Below, piece by piece: positions 42,401 through 55,500 of a DNA stretch of 64,000 nucleotides. The notes under the pieces were generated by a model. The model worked only from the letters and a program-made list of their open reading frames with translations. It did not search any database and was not told the DNA's origin. The stretch's first letter is position 1. Every line of letters starts with the position of its first letter. The position numbers were made by a program, and so were the translations under genes. The stretch is from IMG/VR virus record IMGVR_UViG_3300033463_000020; one strand, written 5' to 3'. This DNA is from a virus (taxonomy: Duplodnaviria > Caudoviricetes).

Positions 42401-45400
42401 TTATTGAGCGACCCCTCTACCGTTATTCGTGCTGCATTGACTTATGTAGACGATTATGGTAATATTCGAAATTATGACGTAGGCAGCGGTTTGGGTGGCG
42501 ATAAAGCATTGATGCGGCGTTTAGCAAATTATGCTATGCATGAAATCCCCGAGGCCAAGTGGGAGCCAGGCGATGCTGAGGTAATTAGACAAATCACGCG
42601 GATTAATAACCGAGGTGTAGCATTTGGCGGCCATGGTGGCGGCGGAGGCGGCGGCCCAGTTATTCCCATTGTTGGTGGAGCCGGAACGTCTGGCAACGGC
42701 GGCCTGATGAAAGAACTGAGCAGTGGCTTGGGTAAATATATCGGTCGTATTTTGGGCGGTAGTGGTTTGTATCGCTTATTTGCTAAGGTGCGCCAGGGGA
42801 TTGCATCTCTGGTAAAAGAGGCCACTGAACTGGACAAGACGTTGACGAACCTGCAAATTACTACTGGCGGTACACGTGAAGACACACGCCAACTGCTTTC
42901 TACATATGCGCAACTTGGACGTCAGCTCGGCGCTACCACACAAGAGGTAGCAGCTTCGGCGCTCGAATGGCAACGTTAGGGTTATGAGGCTGGCGAAGTG
43001 GCCGATCTGGTGACGTCATCTTTGTATCTAAGCAAACTCGGCATGATTGACGCCTCTACGGCAACGTAGAATTTAACTTCCGCCTTAAAGGGCTTTAAAA
43101 TCGCTGCATCTGAGTCTATGGATGTCGTCGATAAATTGACAGCAATTGACTTAAAAGCAGCAACTTCCGCGGGTGAAATTGCCAACGGCTTAGCCCAGTT
43201 TGCAAACATAGGTAGCTTGGCTGGTGTAAATCTTGACGAAGCGGCAGCGTATGTCGCGACAATCGCCGATGTTACCCAAATGAGTGGGTCGTCCGCAGGA
43301 CAAGCGCTAGAATGTTTTTGGCGCTTTATAGGGATAATACATAACCCTATTGGTAAAATCTTTTCTAATGATTAATATTAGATTTAATATTATGCTTGAA
43401 AACCCAGAAGTGGGCAACAAGGAGGAATTCGTTTTGATAGTTCAACAAAAATTGTGTAAATATTGTGGTAAGATATTTACACCCAATAGTCCGCGGCCCG
43501 ACTTGGTGCAATATTGTAGTCAGCATTGTAAATATGCGGCGGATTATAGTAAAAAATATCGTTATACTTATACGTGCACAAATTGTGGCGCCACAATTCA
43601 TCGCAGCCGCAAAATTACAGGGGCGTAGCCATTTTGTAATCAAGCATGTTTGAGCGCGTATGAGCATCGGCAATCGTATGAAACGCGCACATGTGAAAGT
43701 TGCGGGCAAATTTTCGAATGCGCCAAAACTAGCACGCAAAGGTTTTGTAGCCCTGAATGCCAAATTACGTGGCAGCGTGAGTATCCGAGGAGTGGGGGCG
43801 ATCACCCCGCATATCGGCACGACGTCAGCATCGCTGAGCGTACAATAGTTTGTGCATGGTGTGGCGTATCTTTTGTTGTCGAACCATGGCAAATTTCTAA
43901 AACTAAATTTTGTTCGCGTTAGTGTAAGCATGCAGCAATGTTAGATGCGGCACGTACCCAAAAAACTTGGGCTGAGCGTGTGGATACGGCTCCTTAGCGC
44001 ATCGCCAATGCTTTACTAGAGAGGTTGGGGATCGCATTTGTAAATGAGTATCCGTGCGGCTATTTTAGTTTAGATATTTATTGTGCAGAATTGCATATGC
44101 CCATTGAGGTGATGGGTACGTATTGGCACGCAGATCGCCGTATATATTCGACATTATCTGAAATATAGCGTCGAGATATCATTCAGGATAAGCGCAAACG
44201 CACATATGTACGGAATCATTTATCGGCCGAGATCTTATATCTTTGGGAGCAAGATTTATATGACGACCCGGCATTATGCGCGGCTTTGGTATCTTTATAT
44301 ATTGAATAGCATGGACAACTATTGAACTATCATTCACATAATTATCATCTAGAGAACGGACAGGCGGTGTTGAACGATTGTCCATTGGAAAATTATGTGG
44401 ACGCTGAGAATGATTACCACTCATTACTTGGCAACGGAGCCTTGAACGACTGAATGAAAAGACCCCATTTCGATGGGGATGCGACAGTCTGAACACGGGT
44501 ATAACAACAAGAAGCCCGTGAGCCGCGGTCGAGTGTAAAGACACTCTTGGAAGCACCGTGGCCCTCCGATAATAACAGGAGAGTAACAAAATTGTAAAAC
44601 AATTATATCACGCTATGGTAATGTTAAAGCCGGGGCTTTTAATAAAATGACCCTGGATGCCGACACTGGTGATGGAACCACGTTAAACGATGTTGAGCGT
44701 GTTTTATCCAAGCTGGGCATCAGTATTCGTGATAGCAATCTGTCGTTTAAAGATTTTAGCACCATTCTAGAAGAGATTGCCTCTAGATGGCAGACGTTAG
44801 ATAACGTTTCGCAACGTGCGATTGCAAATGCGTTTGCCGGCGTAAGACAGCAAGAGGCTTTTACGACTCTACTTTAGAACTGGGATAAATATCAAGAGTT
44901 ATTAGCAACCTCGCAGCAGTCCAAGGGTACTGCCGAAACCAAGTACGCGGCATACTAGTAGTCTTTGCAAGCGGCTCAAAGCGCACGTAAGACGACTTGG
45001 GAACAATTAGCCAACAGCGCAGAAATTTCTGAGCTACTAATTGCGATTAATAACGTGGGCAGATGGTTGGGAGAGTTTGTTCCCTTTCTGCTGAAGTGGT
45101 TACCACATGCGTTAATTTTAGCCGATCAGATCTTTTCAATACGCGGCGGCGGGTTTTTGAATGGCTTAATTAATTAGTTCTCACAAATGAAATTATTTTC
45201 AGCGCATAGCTTGAAAAATGAGAAATAGAAAACCCAAGAAACCAAAAAGCAGTATCGGGCCGAGCAGCAGAAGACTGAAGAAGAGAAGCATTAGGTGCAA
45301 GCGGAGCAAGAGCAAACTCGCCAAGATCAGCAACAAGCAGCAGGAGGATCGGGAGATGGCAAGACATCTGCCCGAGGCCGGGGCGGCGCGCATAGCAAGG

Positions 45401-48400
45401 CCCAGGTTATTAGTGCTGGTATTACTTACGGCCTCGGTCAAATTGCTTCGGGCTTAAGTGCTTATGGCAGCGCTGGGGCTACGCATACTTTTACGAATGC
45501 CGCCGGCGAAAGTCGTGACGTCAACTCTTCTTAGCGCGCACGTCAGGCTGGACGCGGGATCGCAGCGGTTTTAGCCGTAGCCTTACCCGCCGTTGGCGCT
45601 ATTCTTGGCAATATCGTGGGCGATGAAGTTAGCCGTCGGATTGATGCGGCACGCGATGCAGCCGACGAGCGTACGCGGGTGGCATAGGAAAATTTGCACG
45701 TATTAACCAGCGCACAAACCAACTTGGAAACTATGATCCGACTACGAAATGCGGCTCTCGTCTCAGAAGAAAAAGAGCGCGATCAAGCCATTGCTGAGTA
45801 TATCGCGACTATGTATGCTTCGGATAATGTTGCGGTACGGGAAATCTTAGAGAAGTATTTAAAACAGATTTACGGAGAGACCAAAACTATTAGGCAAGTA
45901 ACCGAAGCGATGCATTCGGGTGATGAAAAGGAGCGCGCTTAGGCCGCACACGCCCTAGAATTGGCCCAGGCATAGGCCGAGCACGCTCAAACGCGTCGAG
46001 CTCGAGCGTCTGAGGACTATGCGGAAGCCGAAAGATTGCGTGAGGCTATGCTGGCATATAATGCGTCACGTCCGGGGTATACGGCCAGCGGCATTAGCAA
46101 CCGGACTAATGGTCTGAATATAGGACATAGTGCTGGCGTTGGGGCAACGGCAGGTGGTCTTGTCATGGGCGGTGAGGTCGCCGCTATGCTGGCGGCGGCT
46201 GGCGCAGTAAGTGCCATTCCTGTGTGGGGGTGGATTATAGCAGCGGCATTAGCAGCTACAGCCGGTGTGGGCGCGGGTGTAGCCGCTTATAAGTCGAGAT
46301 CGGCCAGAAGCGAGATTGAGGAAGGGCAAAACTGGTCCTGGGAAGAGCAGTGGGACGACCTGAAGCTGGACGAGAAGATTTCGCGGTTATTAGCGGCTGA
46401 AGAGGCCCAAAAAGACGCAGTCGAACGTAACGCACGGGGTGCCACTGAACAACTTGAGGCTACGCGTGCCCTCCGAGAAGCCTACGAGGATTATCGCGAG
46501 TATTTACGCGCATAGTATGAGGAAGATAACAAAGCTAAAATGGATGAGGCTTTGATTTATGCTGGTTGGTAGTCTAACGGCTCTTTTAATACTGATTCGA
46601 GCGATATTAACGCCACAGAGTACTTCTTGAAGGATTTGAACGTCGTATAGGCAAAAAATTACGGGCAAAAGGCGTTGTATGACGCGCTGGCTGAAGCGCT
46701 GGGCGAAGGTGCGCTTGAGGGCATTAATATTAAAAATGCCGAGGGTGAATATACTGAGTATTTTGTAAATTATGCACGGCATATTATGTCCGAGAATGAG
46801 GACGTAGAGTCTGTTCTCAGCGGCGAAGCGTATACCTTGAATGAGGCGCTTGACAAGCTAGGCTCAAACACTGATCAATTTAGTCGGGCGACGATGCAAG
46901 ATTTCGCACGTGCAATGCGTGTTGCACGCAAAGAACTGGGGGACTATAGTGAGCTGGTGGGCGAATTAACTTTGGCTGAATTGATGATGACGACCACAGA
47001 GCTCGAAGAAGAGTTCGACAGCTTATACGGAGTACTGGGGAAGGTATCGGACGGCACGCAGTCTGTAACCAAGTGGATGACAGACATTGTGGCTCACTAC
47101 CCCGATTTAATTAATTACATGAGTAGCACTCCGGCGCTCATTACCGCAATCGTGAACAAGCTCTATGACTTAAACAATCAAACCATGCGTCAACAATATG
47201 AAGAATATGGTGAAAGTACATCGTTCTGGGCAAAGACGATGCGCCCGGGCGCTGAAGGTTGGCTGGCTGAACAGGAGAAGCAGGGGAACATTACCTCAGC
47301 AGAACACGAAGCGGTGCTTAAACTGATCCAGGATAAGCGAATTACTAAGCTGAACGAGGCGGTGCAGAGATTGGCCGTGGTGCCATCTTTGGCTGAAGAT
47401 AGCCCGTTGCGGCGTACCTACGAGCTCATGGAACGGGCTATAGAGGCGGGCACTAACGGAGTTATCCTACGCTCGGATATTTGGACTGAACAGACCCAAA
47501 AGCTGACCAATTTTATTGCCGAACAACTTAAAGCTCAAGTGGCTGCGCTAGAGGCTCAAAAACAGGCGTTGCAGGATGTTAACAAACAGCGACAATTTGA
47601 GGTTGAGCTTCTAAATGCACGCAATAAACTTGCAGACGCAATGAATCAAAAGCAGCGCGTCTATCGTACCGGCGTAGGTTTTGTATATGAGCCTGATCAG
47701 GGGGCTATCAAAAAGGCGAAAGAAGAACTGTAGGAAGTCTAGTTACAGAAAGACGTGTCGAAAATTACTAAGCAAATCGACATCTTGCAGGAGGAAGCGA
47801 GTTAGTGGGAGACCCTGTGGAGCACGCGTACCAAGGAGCTCTAGGAGGCAGTTATTGAGGAAATTTGGGGCAAGAATTACACGAATTTTAAAACCGCGTT
47901 ATTTGGAGATTCTGCGCAGCAGACCTTGAATGTTGGTGAGCATGGCGTTAAGGTGGACGCCGCGAGTCTTCATGAGTAGCTTGATACTATTTTTGGTACG
48001 AGTAAAGGTGCGTTTAGCACTAGTATACAGACTGCTGTTTTTGGATCTACTGAGACGTTGGCTACTTGGTGGCAAAAAACAGGCGCGACATCGGTCGAGT
48101 CATTGTTTGGTTATTTACAGGCCATTATAGATAATCAGAACAAAGAGACGAACCCCCAGGTTTTAGAGTTACAGTAGGCGTTCAAAACCTATAACAAGTT
48201 AGCTTCAGCTCGGGGTAACGGTGTATCGGTTGACGCCAATGAGTGGAACTCGGCATTACAGGATTATAAGACCAAATTTACTGCCGCAGTAAATGCGGGG
48301 CTCATAGATGAGAATTGGGCATTCAATTAGAATTATAATCTCACCAGCCAAAGTCACGCCCCGGGCAGCCGATATGAATATACTTATAATCCCTGGGATC

Positions 48401-49311
48401 TTGGAAACCATGTTGATAAGCTTCTGATGACCCCCAGCGCAGTGGAGGCTGTGTCGACCGTTGGCGAGATATTCCGACAGGGCGTGGTTCAGGCGCGTGC
48501 AGGATATGCGTGGCCTTAGGGGGAGAACCCTTACAATTCCGCAGTTCAAGTTACGGGATATGTGCCCATTGAGCCCACCTCAACGTTTGCCACTGGTTTG
48601 AATCGCGTTAAGAACGAGTTTAAGTGGGGTGATGGTGAGGGGAAAGAGCGCGCCTGGTTCTGGACCCCGGGTCTGCTTAAGAGCGGGGGGGCCGAGTTTT
48701 CTGAAGGCACCTCGAGCGACCTAATGACAGCATTTACATCGGCTAATAACTGGTCTGATGTTGCGCGCAACTTAGCTGACGAAGATGAGTTTTTAATTTG
48801 GACCCAAGATGGCGGTTATATCTTATTATCCGGCGGTCACGCATACAAAGCGAACACAGCGACATTGTATGAGGTAGGTAAGACGTTGGCGCAATAGGGA
48901 TTGAGCGGATAGGAGCCCTCTCTCGGACATACGACCAGAGGAAGCCACGCGGCTGGAAGCCTCGGATTGGCTCAAACTGGTACGAGGTTAATTAATGAGT
49001 TTGGCACTGAAGCGATTATTACCCCTTCTGGCACCATTACTGCGCTACCTTCGCATACTGGGATTATTCCTGCCGATATTACGCGGAATCTTTGGCAGTT
49101 GGGTGAAGTAGCGCCTAGTATTTTGCGCGTCGCCGAAACCATTGCACCCGATAGCATTCTCCGCAGCAGCACCCAGTCTGCTATAACAGATCAATCGTTT
49201 AATATCAATAATTTGTCGATGAGTGTCAATGCCGACGATAGTTTTGACGTAGATGCCTTCATTGAAGCGATTAAATCCCGCGTTGCCTTGACGCATCACG
49301 CTCACCGATAA
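36443..49311 (+). CDS. Giant tape measure protein (~3,860 aa after splicing) fused to an N-terminal two-barrel RNA polymerase and a PD-(D/E)XK nuclease; exons 36443-43308 and 44595-49311; about 50 in-frame TAG
   Basis: All fragments share a frame within each exon with no TAA/TGA; TP901-type motifs (EWQR[Q]GY, GQALKTIISR, FAGVRQ); C-terminal INEFGTEAII; RNAP motifs GEK...KG, RYP and NLDFDGD. Confidence 0.85.
43309..44594 (+). mobile_element. Group I intron, 1,286 nt
   Basis: P1 exon AAGCGCU with IGS GGCGCUU and a U-G pair at the splice site; terminal G at 44594; P10, P3, P7 and P8 pairings; removal restores the frame and GQAL/KTIISR. Confidence 0.9.
43434..44453 (+). CDS. Intron-encoded homing endonuclease: zinc-finger repeats plus Vsr/DUF559-like (EDxHD-type) nuclease, 5 in-frame TAG
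   Basis: AAGGAGG RBS and TTG; four CxxC...(F/Y)CxxxC units; NEY...LDIY...IEVMGTYWH...DKRK...LWEQD. Confidence 0.8.
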
Positions 49312-49390
49312 AAGCGGTGTTTTATTAGGTTTTAACCGTAAGTTTTATGCAAAAAATGCATATTTCATGAATAAAATCTAGTGCTTTATT

Positions 49391-49418
49391 GCGCTGGCGG
49401 GCTTCGGCCCGCCGGCGC
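49391..49418 (+). terminator. Hairpin after the tape measure gene
   Basis: GCGCTGGCGGGC-TTCG-GCCCGCCGGCGC; a second long hairpin follows at about 49429-49490. Confidence 0.55.
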
Positions 49419-49515
49419 AGATTCATGCCGTGTTCCCCGGCTAAAACATGCACACTAAGTTGGGCGTGTATGTTTTATCCGAGGAGCGCGATATCTTAAT
49501 TAGGAGGTAAATTCC

Positions 49516-52500
49516 ATGGCGGTTTATAAACCCACTTTGTGCTATCCATTTTCCAATGGTCTAGACATTCGCACGGGTGTCCAGAAAATTAGCGAGACGG
49601 GTGCGCTCGTAGATCCAGCGCAATGCTTGACGTGCCGTATTGAAACGTCCAATGTTGCAATTACAGGATATTCAGTAGCATTGTTTTCGACGGCTCACGA
49701 ACAAATTTTTCCCAAAGTTTTTGAAGATGCGACCAATAAGATACCGTATGTGAGTCCAATTTCGGAATTGCAGTATGCGTCTTTGGGTTATGACGCACAG
49801 AATCCCACGGGGGTTAACTCGGGTGTTAATGGTGCAACATTGCGTATTCCTTTTTTCCGTGCTACACGTGCAGACACTGACTATCCGAGATCATTAAACG
49901 CCATATATTATCAAGCTGATTATGTTGTGGCACATTTAATTTTAGACGAAACCGCTGCAGAGGAGGCGCCTAGTGATTACCGAGCCACACGAGACCCCAG
50001 TGTATATACTAATGTCGATGAGGCCGAGTACTGGAAACAAACGACGCGTACGGGGGGTACGTATTTAATTCATACGACTACCACCGATCCCACCGATGTC
50101 ACACATATTTCCAATGCCAGTTATGTTGCAAATGGTGGCGCTTTAATATGTGATGGCGAACCCTTAATTGTGGGTGATTTAGTAGGGGTGATTTTGGGTA
50201 CTGAACCCCAAAGTGGTGCACCTATCTAGATGACCAAGGGTGGTATATATGAGGTTGCCACAATTCCTGCGGCAGACGACGATAGTCGTATGATTTTCGC
50301 GCTAAAATTGCGTAATACGTTAGCGCTAAAAAGCCGTTTAGTGGTTTGGCAAGGTGCGTCTTTGCATAATACCATGTGGGAGGTTACTACTGATGGTTTG
50401 GGGTAGCGTGGCGCATTGGACGATGCTTTGTGGTGCGATACCTACGGTAACCCCGTAGAGTTGGACGCGCGGGGGACGCATTATCAATGGGAGATTACGC
50501 TCTACCAAGGCACTACCGCGATTGGCGAGTCGCTACCCATTTTACCCGCCGATACTGTAATGCGCACTCGTTATGGTGGCTGGGTAGATTATACAACTAT
50601 TGGCCCTCAATGGTTTGATAATATTGTAACTGGTGGACAAATTATGGGGTCGACGCCAGAACGGCTGTAGTTGGCCGATGCCAGTGAGCAATATTTACCG
50701 GCGGGTACCGATTCGGATCCCCTGGTGTTACAAGATACATTTTGTGCTATATTCCCGTTGCCCGCAGGGTCGGCAACAGATTATACATCCTGGTCGAGTA
50801 TTAGTCGCTTTCCTGTGCATGATTACGATGCACGTTATGGGCATGTATATCCTTATGCCAAAACTTTGTTAGGCCTGAGTCCGCCCAGCGCAGAATAGTG
50901 GTGTGCTTTTTATGAACACTCAACAAATCCGCAGGAAATCTTAGACACAGATATTGTGGATTATGCATATGCTACGGAACTAGCCTTAAGTTTCTGGCAC
51001 GTAACCGATGGCGCTTGGCACCAAGATTCGATATCTGCAAATGACTATAACGCTGTCGATCTTTGGAAGGGCGTGTCCGTGACCGAACGGTATCTGGTCG
51101 TGGGATCGGACGGTAGTTATAATCCCAATCCTACAGGTAGTGGCGGTCAAATTTTGTTAACTGCGCAATCCAGACGGTGGCAAAATGGCGTGTGGCAAAT
51201 TAAAACGATGGAAGCAGCTTGGGGGAATAGCACAAGTAAAAAATATTATTTAACTCGTGCAGCTAAGTATGAAACCTGGGGCGATTTCATTGGCCGCATC
51301 GTCTATGCCCCACAGCCGTCCAGTATGAACTGGACTAGCCTAGCAGCAGCCGGGGCCGCCAATTTGTGGAATTACCAAGATGTCGATATGCAATATGGTC
51401 GTGGGGATTTAGTATTTTCACCTGAGCGACCTATTCTATTGTTCCGAGAAAAATTATGGCACGTAAATAATTTTACTGGCGTGGTCCGTAGTGTGGATCT
51501 ATATAGCGCTTACTCGGCGGGGTCAGGTTTTACCCCGCAAGATAGCGACGGTGCCCGTTAGAACGCATGGCAAATTGGCGATTATGTGGCGGATCGCACG
51601 GGTACGATCTATTATGTTGCGGGCTGTACGCGCAATCACACGTAGTTTACTTTGGAGCGGGTCGGTAACGCCGCAAATTATGCCTTTATTTATGTCGTCA
51701 ATTTTGCGCGAACGTCTACGGGAATTCTTTATGATGCCGGGGGCACCGTTTATACCTGGGTTCCGGCGACGAATTCAGAGCCCGCGAGCTGGCAACAAAC
51801 ATGGGAGTTACATCGTGCTAAAATTTTAAAGAATAATACGACGTATACTTATGTCTCTCCTTGGGTTAAGGGTGTGGTGGATGCACGTATGAGCATGAAA
51901 TTGCTTAGTCCGGGTGTTGCGGTGGTCGCAAACTCGAACGTCACCACTGATATTATTCGTATTCGTGGCCTGAATGACGTGGTCTATCGTTTAGATCACG
52001 ATGCATTGGATGAGCCCATGGAAGCATATGGCGCGAGCAACCCCTTTATTCCCTATCGTTACAACATCTGTAGTTATTTCCGCACATCGGAGCCGAATCC
52101 CTTTATTGCATATGAGCGTCCGTATTTACGGCTATTCTTAGAGCAAGAATTGTTGACTAATTTATCGATGGTTGCGCCTAGTGTGCCTACTGCTGTAGAA
52201 ACCAGCCATCCTTTAGCGGTGGAGTGGTTGGAGCACATTACCACATATGTGGCAAGAAAACTCAACTTAGGTGTTGAATACCAGCAATTTAACCACACGA
52301 TGTGGGAAAGTTACTAGTGGAAATTATATTCGGGTGATGGTACGACCCTATTGCAAGACACCGGACGGTGCTACGATGGACTAATTTAGACAACATTTTA
52401 TGGTTTGGCCAACGAGCTGAGTGCAAATGTTCCCTATTGGGCTTCTGTGATTGTGGAGAACAGTGTCGGCGATGTTTTGGAATATCGCTTACGTTTTGAA

Positions 52501-55500
52501 ATTGCTGCGGGTTCGCAATCTTCTTTTGTGGATGATGGCGGCGGAGAACGGTGCTGGTTTACCGCTGCTTATGATTGCAATACATAGTCGAATTTAATTA
52601 CATTCTAGTGGGCCGATCCCGATTAGCCTACTCCGGTATCCCCGAAGTATTCGGTTTACCGTCGAGAATATGAGGTATATGAACAACCCGGGGAGCGTTT
52701 TGAGGGATATCGTCAAAGTGATACCGTGTTCACTCGTGATGCCGCCGGCACCATTCCTCTGCCGCGTATTGACTAGGCGTTGTATGAAGATTTAACTATT
52801 GTGGGGACTAAACCTGCGCACGTATTTTATGTTTTCCGCGGGAACCTTGGCCGTTTTGTATAGTCGGCATCGACATATCGTGAATTTAAGGGGGCCTGGG
52901 AGCCCGTGGTAGCGGTACGACAAGCGCCTGCAAACGCTTATATCGATCTATTCAGAGATTTTAATATTTCTAATGGTCGTTCGTATCAGTATATCATTTA
53001 CCCGGCCATTGATGAATGGGGCACCCCAGAAACTGTTGAGCAAACCTTTGCAAACTACTCTGGATTAATTTGGGAACCGCTATCAGTCAATGCCGGTGCA
53101 TTAACAGACGGTACTTTGGAAACCTCCCCGTATAACGGCGGTGCTGTGGTTACAGTGGGCGATTGCTGGAGTTTGGTTGAATTAGTGCCTGAAAAATCTG
53201 ATATTAATGCTCCGATTATTAATTAGCGTTATCGTGTAGATAATGATAATATTTGGTTATTTAGATATGATGTTGAAACCGGAGAGCAGACTCAAAATTT
53301 GGCACGCAATGAATTTGCCAACCTGGGACGTTATCCCAAATTTGGTTTTGGTCGTACAAATTATGCATCTGGGGCGGTATCGGCACAATTGGGCAGTGAA
53401 TTGGTATGCTCATCTAAATATAAATATATTGAACGTTTATCGCATTCGCGGCTGGCCCCTCTTTCTACCAATGAAAAAGCAGAGATGCTGAAACAATGGT
53501 AGGCCTTTATGTATTCACGCAATCCTAAATTATTGCGAGATATTAAGGGGCAAAGTTGGATTGTGCAAGTCTTAGCGTCATCGAATCGTACTAAGAATTA
53601 TTATCCGGAAACGCCGGACACGATTTCCTTCCAATGGAAAGAAGTGGGATCACCGCGTAACGTTATTATTTATGGAGACTATAATGCAGACAATGCTGAA
53701 ATTAGTAAAACCATAGGCAAGGCCGCGTGGAGTAGGGTATTCGCAGGTTTGGGCGGTGCTAATGCAGCAGTGCCCGAAGTGCCTTATCGTATAACATGGA
53801 GTGATGCGATGTGGTCGTTCGATACACTTAACACTGGGACAGAAGCGCGTATTAAATTGGGGGCACCGCCTACGGCTATAGATGACTATACATATGCCAT
53901 TAGTGGGGCCGCTGTTAATGGTGTCGGTAAAATAGGGACCGTTACCGATCATAGTGGTGCTGCTATCACGTTACCCGCGACTTTTGACAGTAGTGCCCTG
54001 TATTTCTGGGTTTTGAATGCCAACGCTCCTTTGCGACTATATTTCCCGGTGGAGACTGTGGTCACTGCAGATTATACTAATCCTTATGTCTTAATTCCTA
54101 CGGGAGACACAGAATTAGTCGTTGGAGCCAATCATACTGCATATGATCTTTTGGTGGTCACTAACAATGCAATGGCCGCAGAGTCGAATCCGGCCTATGT
54201 TGTTGCGGGCAATGGCGCGGCTGCCATTACACGCTTGGATTTCATATTCCCTGCGGATTATAGTGCCCCTCCGAGTACTGTTGTGAATACTGACTATGTC
54301 AAGGTAGACATATAGGGTACATCGGGTAGTGTAACATTTTCTTGGGTACGCGATGATGCGTCACATGGGCATGTGTTATTATCTGGGGTTACTGCACCAT
54401 TGAAAGTTGCCATTTCTGGTATGTTGCGCCTGGCAGCGCCCACCCTAAGTCGTAGTGCGCCCACCAGTACCGTATTAGTTTGGACCAGTATACCGAACGC
54501 TACCGCGTACGAGGTATACTTGGACGGCACATTGGTGACTACTACAAGTGCGCAAACATATGATTATGCTGACTATACTGGTACACCCACAGCTGGCTAG
54601 CATTTCTGGACAGTCTGTGCGGAGACAACGACGGGGGCATTTTCGAAAGAAACCTCCCCAGTTATCGCACAGTGGTATACGATCGTTAGCCAGTGTGCAC
54701 GTTGCGAAGTCCGTCCGGGCTCAGATAGTGGTACTTGGGATTATACGTCGGCTACAATCTATTATGTGTTTGACACTAGCACGAATTTGGCTTGTCCATG
54801 GCAAGTTCCCATGAGTAATGGTTAGCCCGGGGTCTGGTAGTGGACGTATTATAACTCGAGTTCGGGCAGCTTGTATATCTTGGGCGAAGATATGGCGGGT
54901 CTTGCAGCAGATGGTGTCATTACGCAAAATACTTTATATATTAATGTGGGCGCAGTACCTAGGATCACTGCCCCGGTAATTTCATAGCGCGGCACGGTGA
55001 TTTACTGGAGCACGAGAGCCGAAGTAGAGAAATATCGTGTGTATGCCGATTACGGGACGGACGTGTTCACTGTTGATCTCCCCAGGCCCGCCAGTGGTGG
55101 TAGGTGCCAGTATGATCTCTCCGATTATTTGACTCAAGCTACGACTTATGATATTTCTGTGGTGGCGTTTGGTACCAAGGGTCGTTTTTATGGCACCAGT
55201 CTACCTAGCAATGTTATTACGGTCACACAAGAAGCGATATATGCTACCACCGAGAACGGTGCTACGGCCGAGGCGTCGAATCCTGATATGATATGGCATG
55301 GAACCTCTGTTGTGTTGAAATATTGGTTTGACGGCGTGAATTATATCTGTCCAACTACTGCGCCAACTGTTACGGGTGCGACAGGCAGCTGGACAAAAAT
55401 TAGCGACCTGTATGGTGAACTAACTATTTCGTCGCCTACTGGTTCGGTAGTATTCACTATTTCTGGCGTACCTGGCGTAAGTACTAGTTATACAACCGTC

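Noticed and set aside
43309-44594. Programmed frameshift, intein or two separate genes at the tape measure frame change
   Set aside because: The insert is not a multiple of 3 and has no intein termini; group I pairings and precise motif restoration explain it
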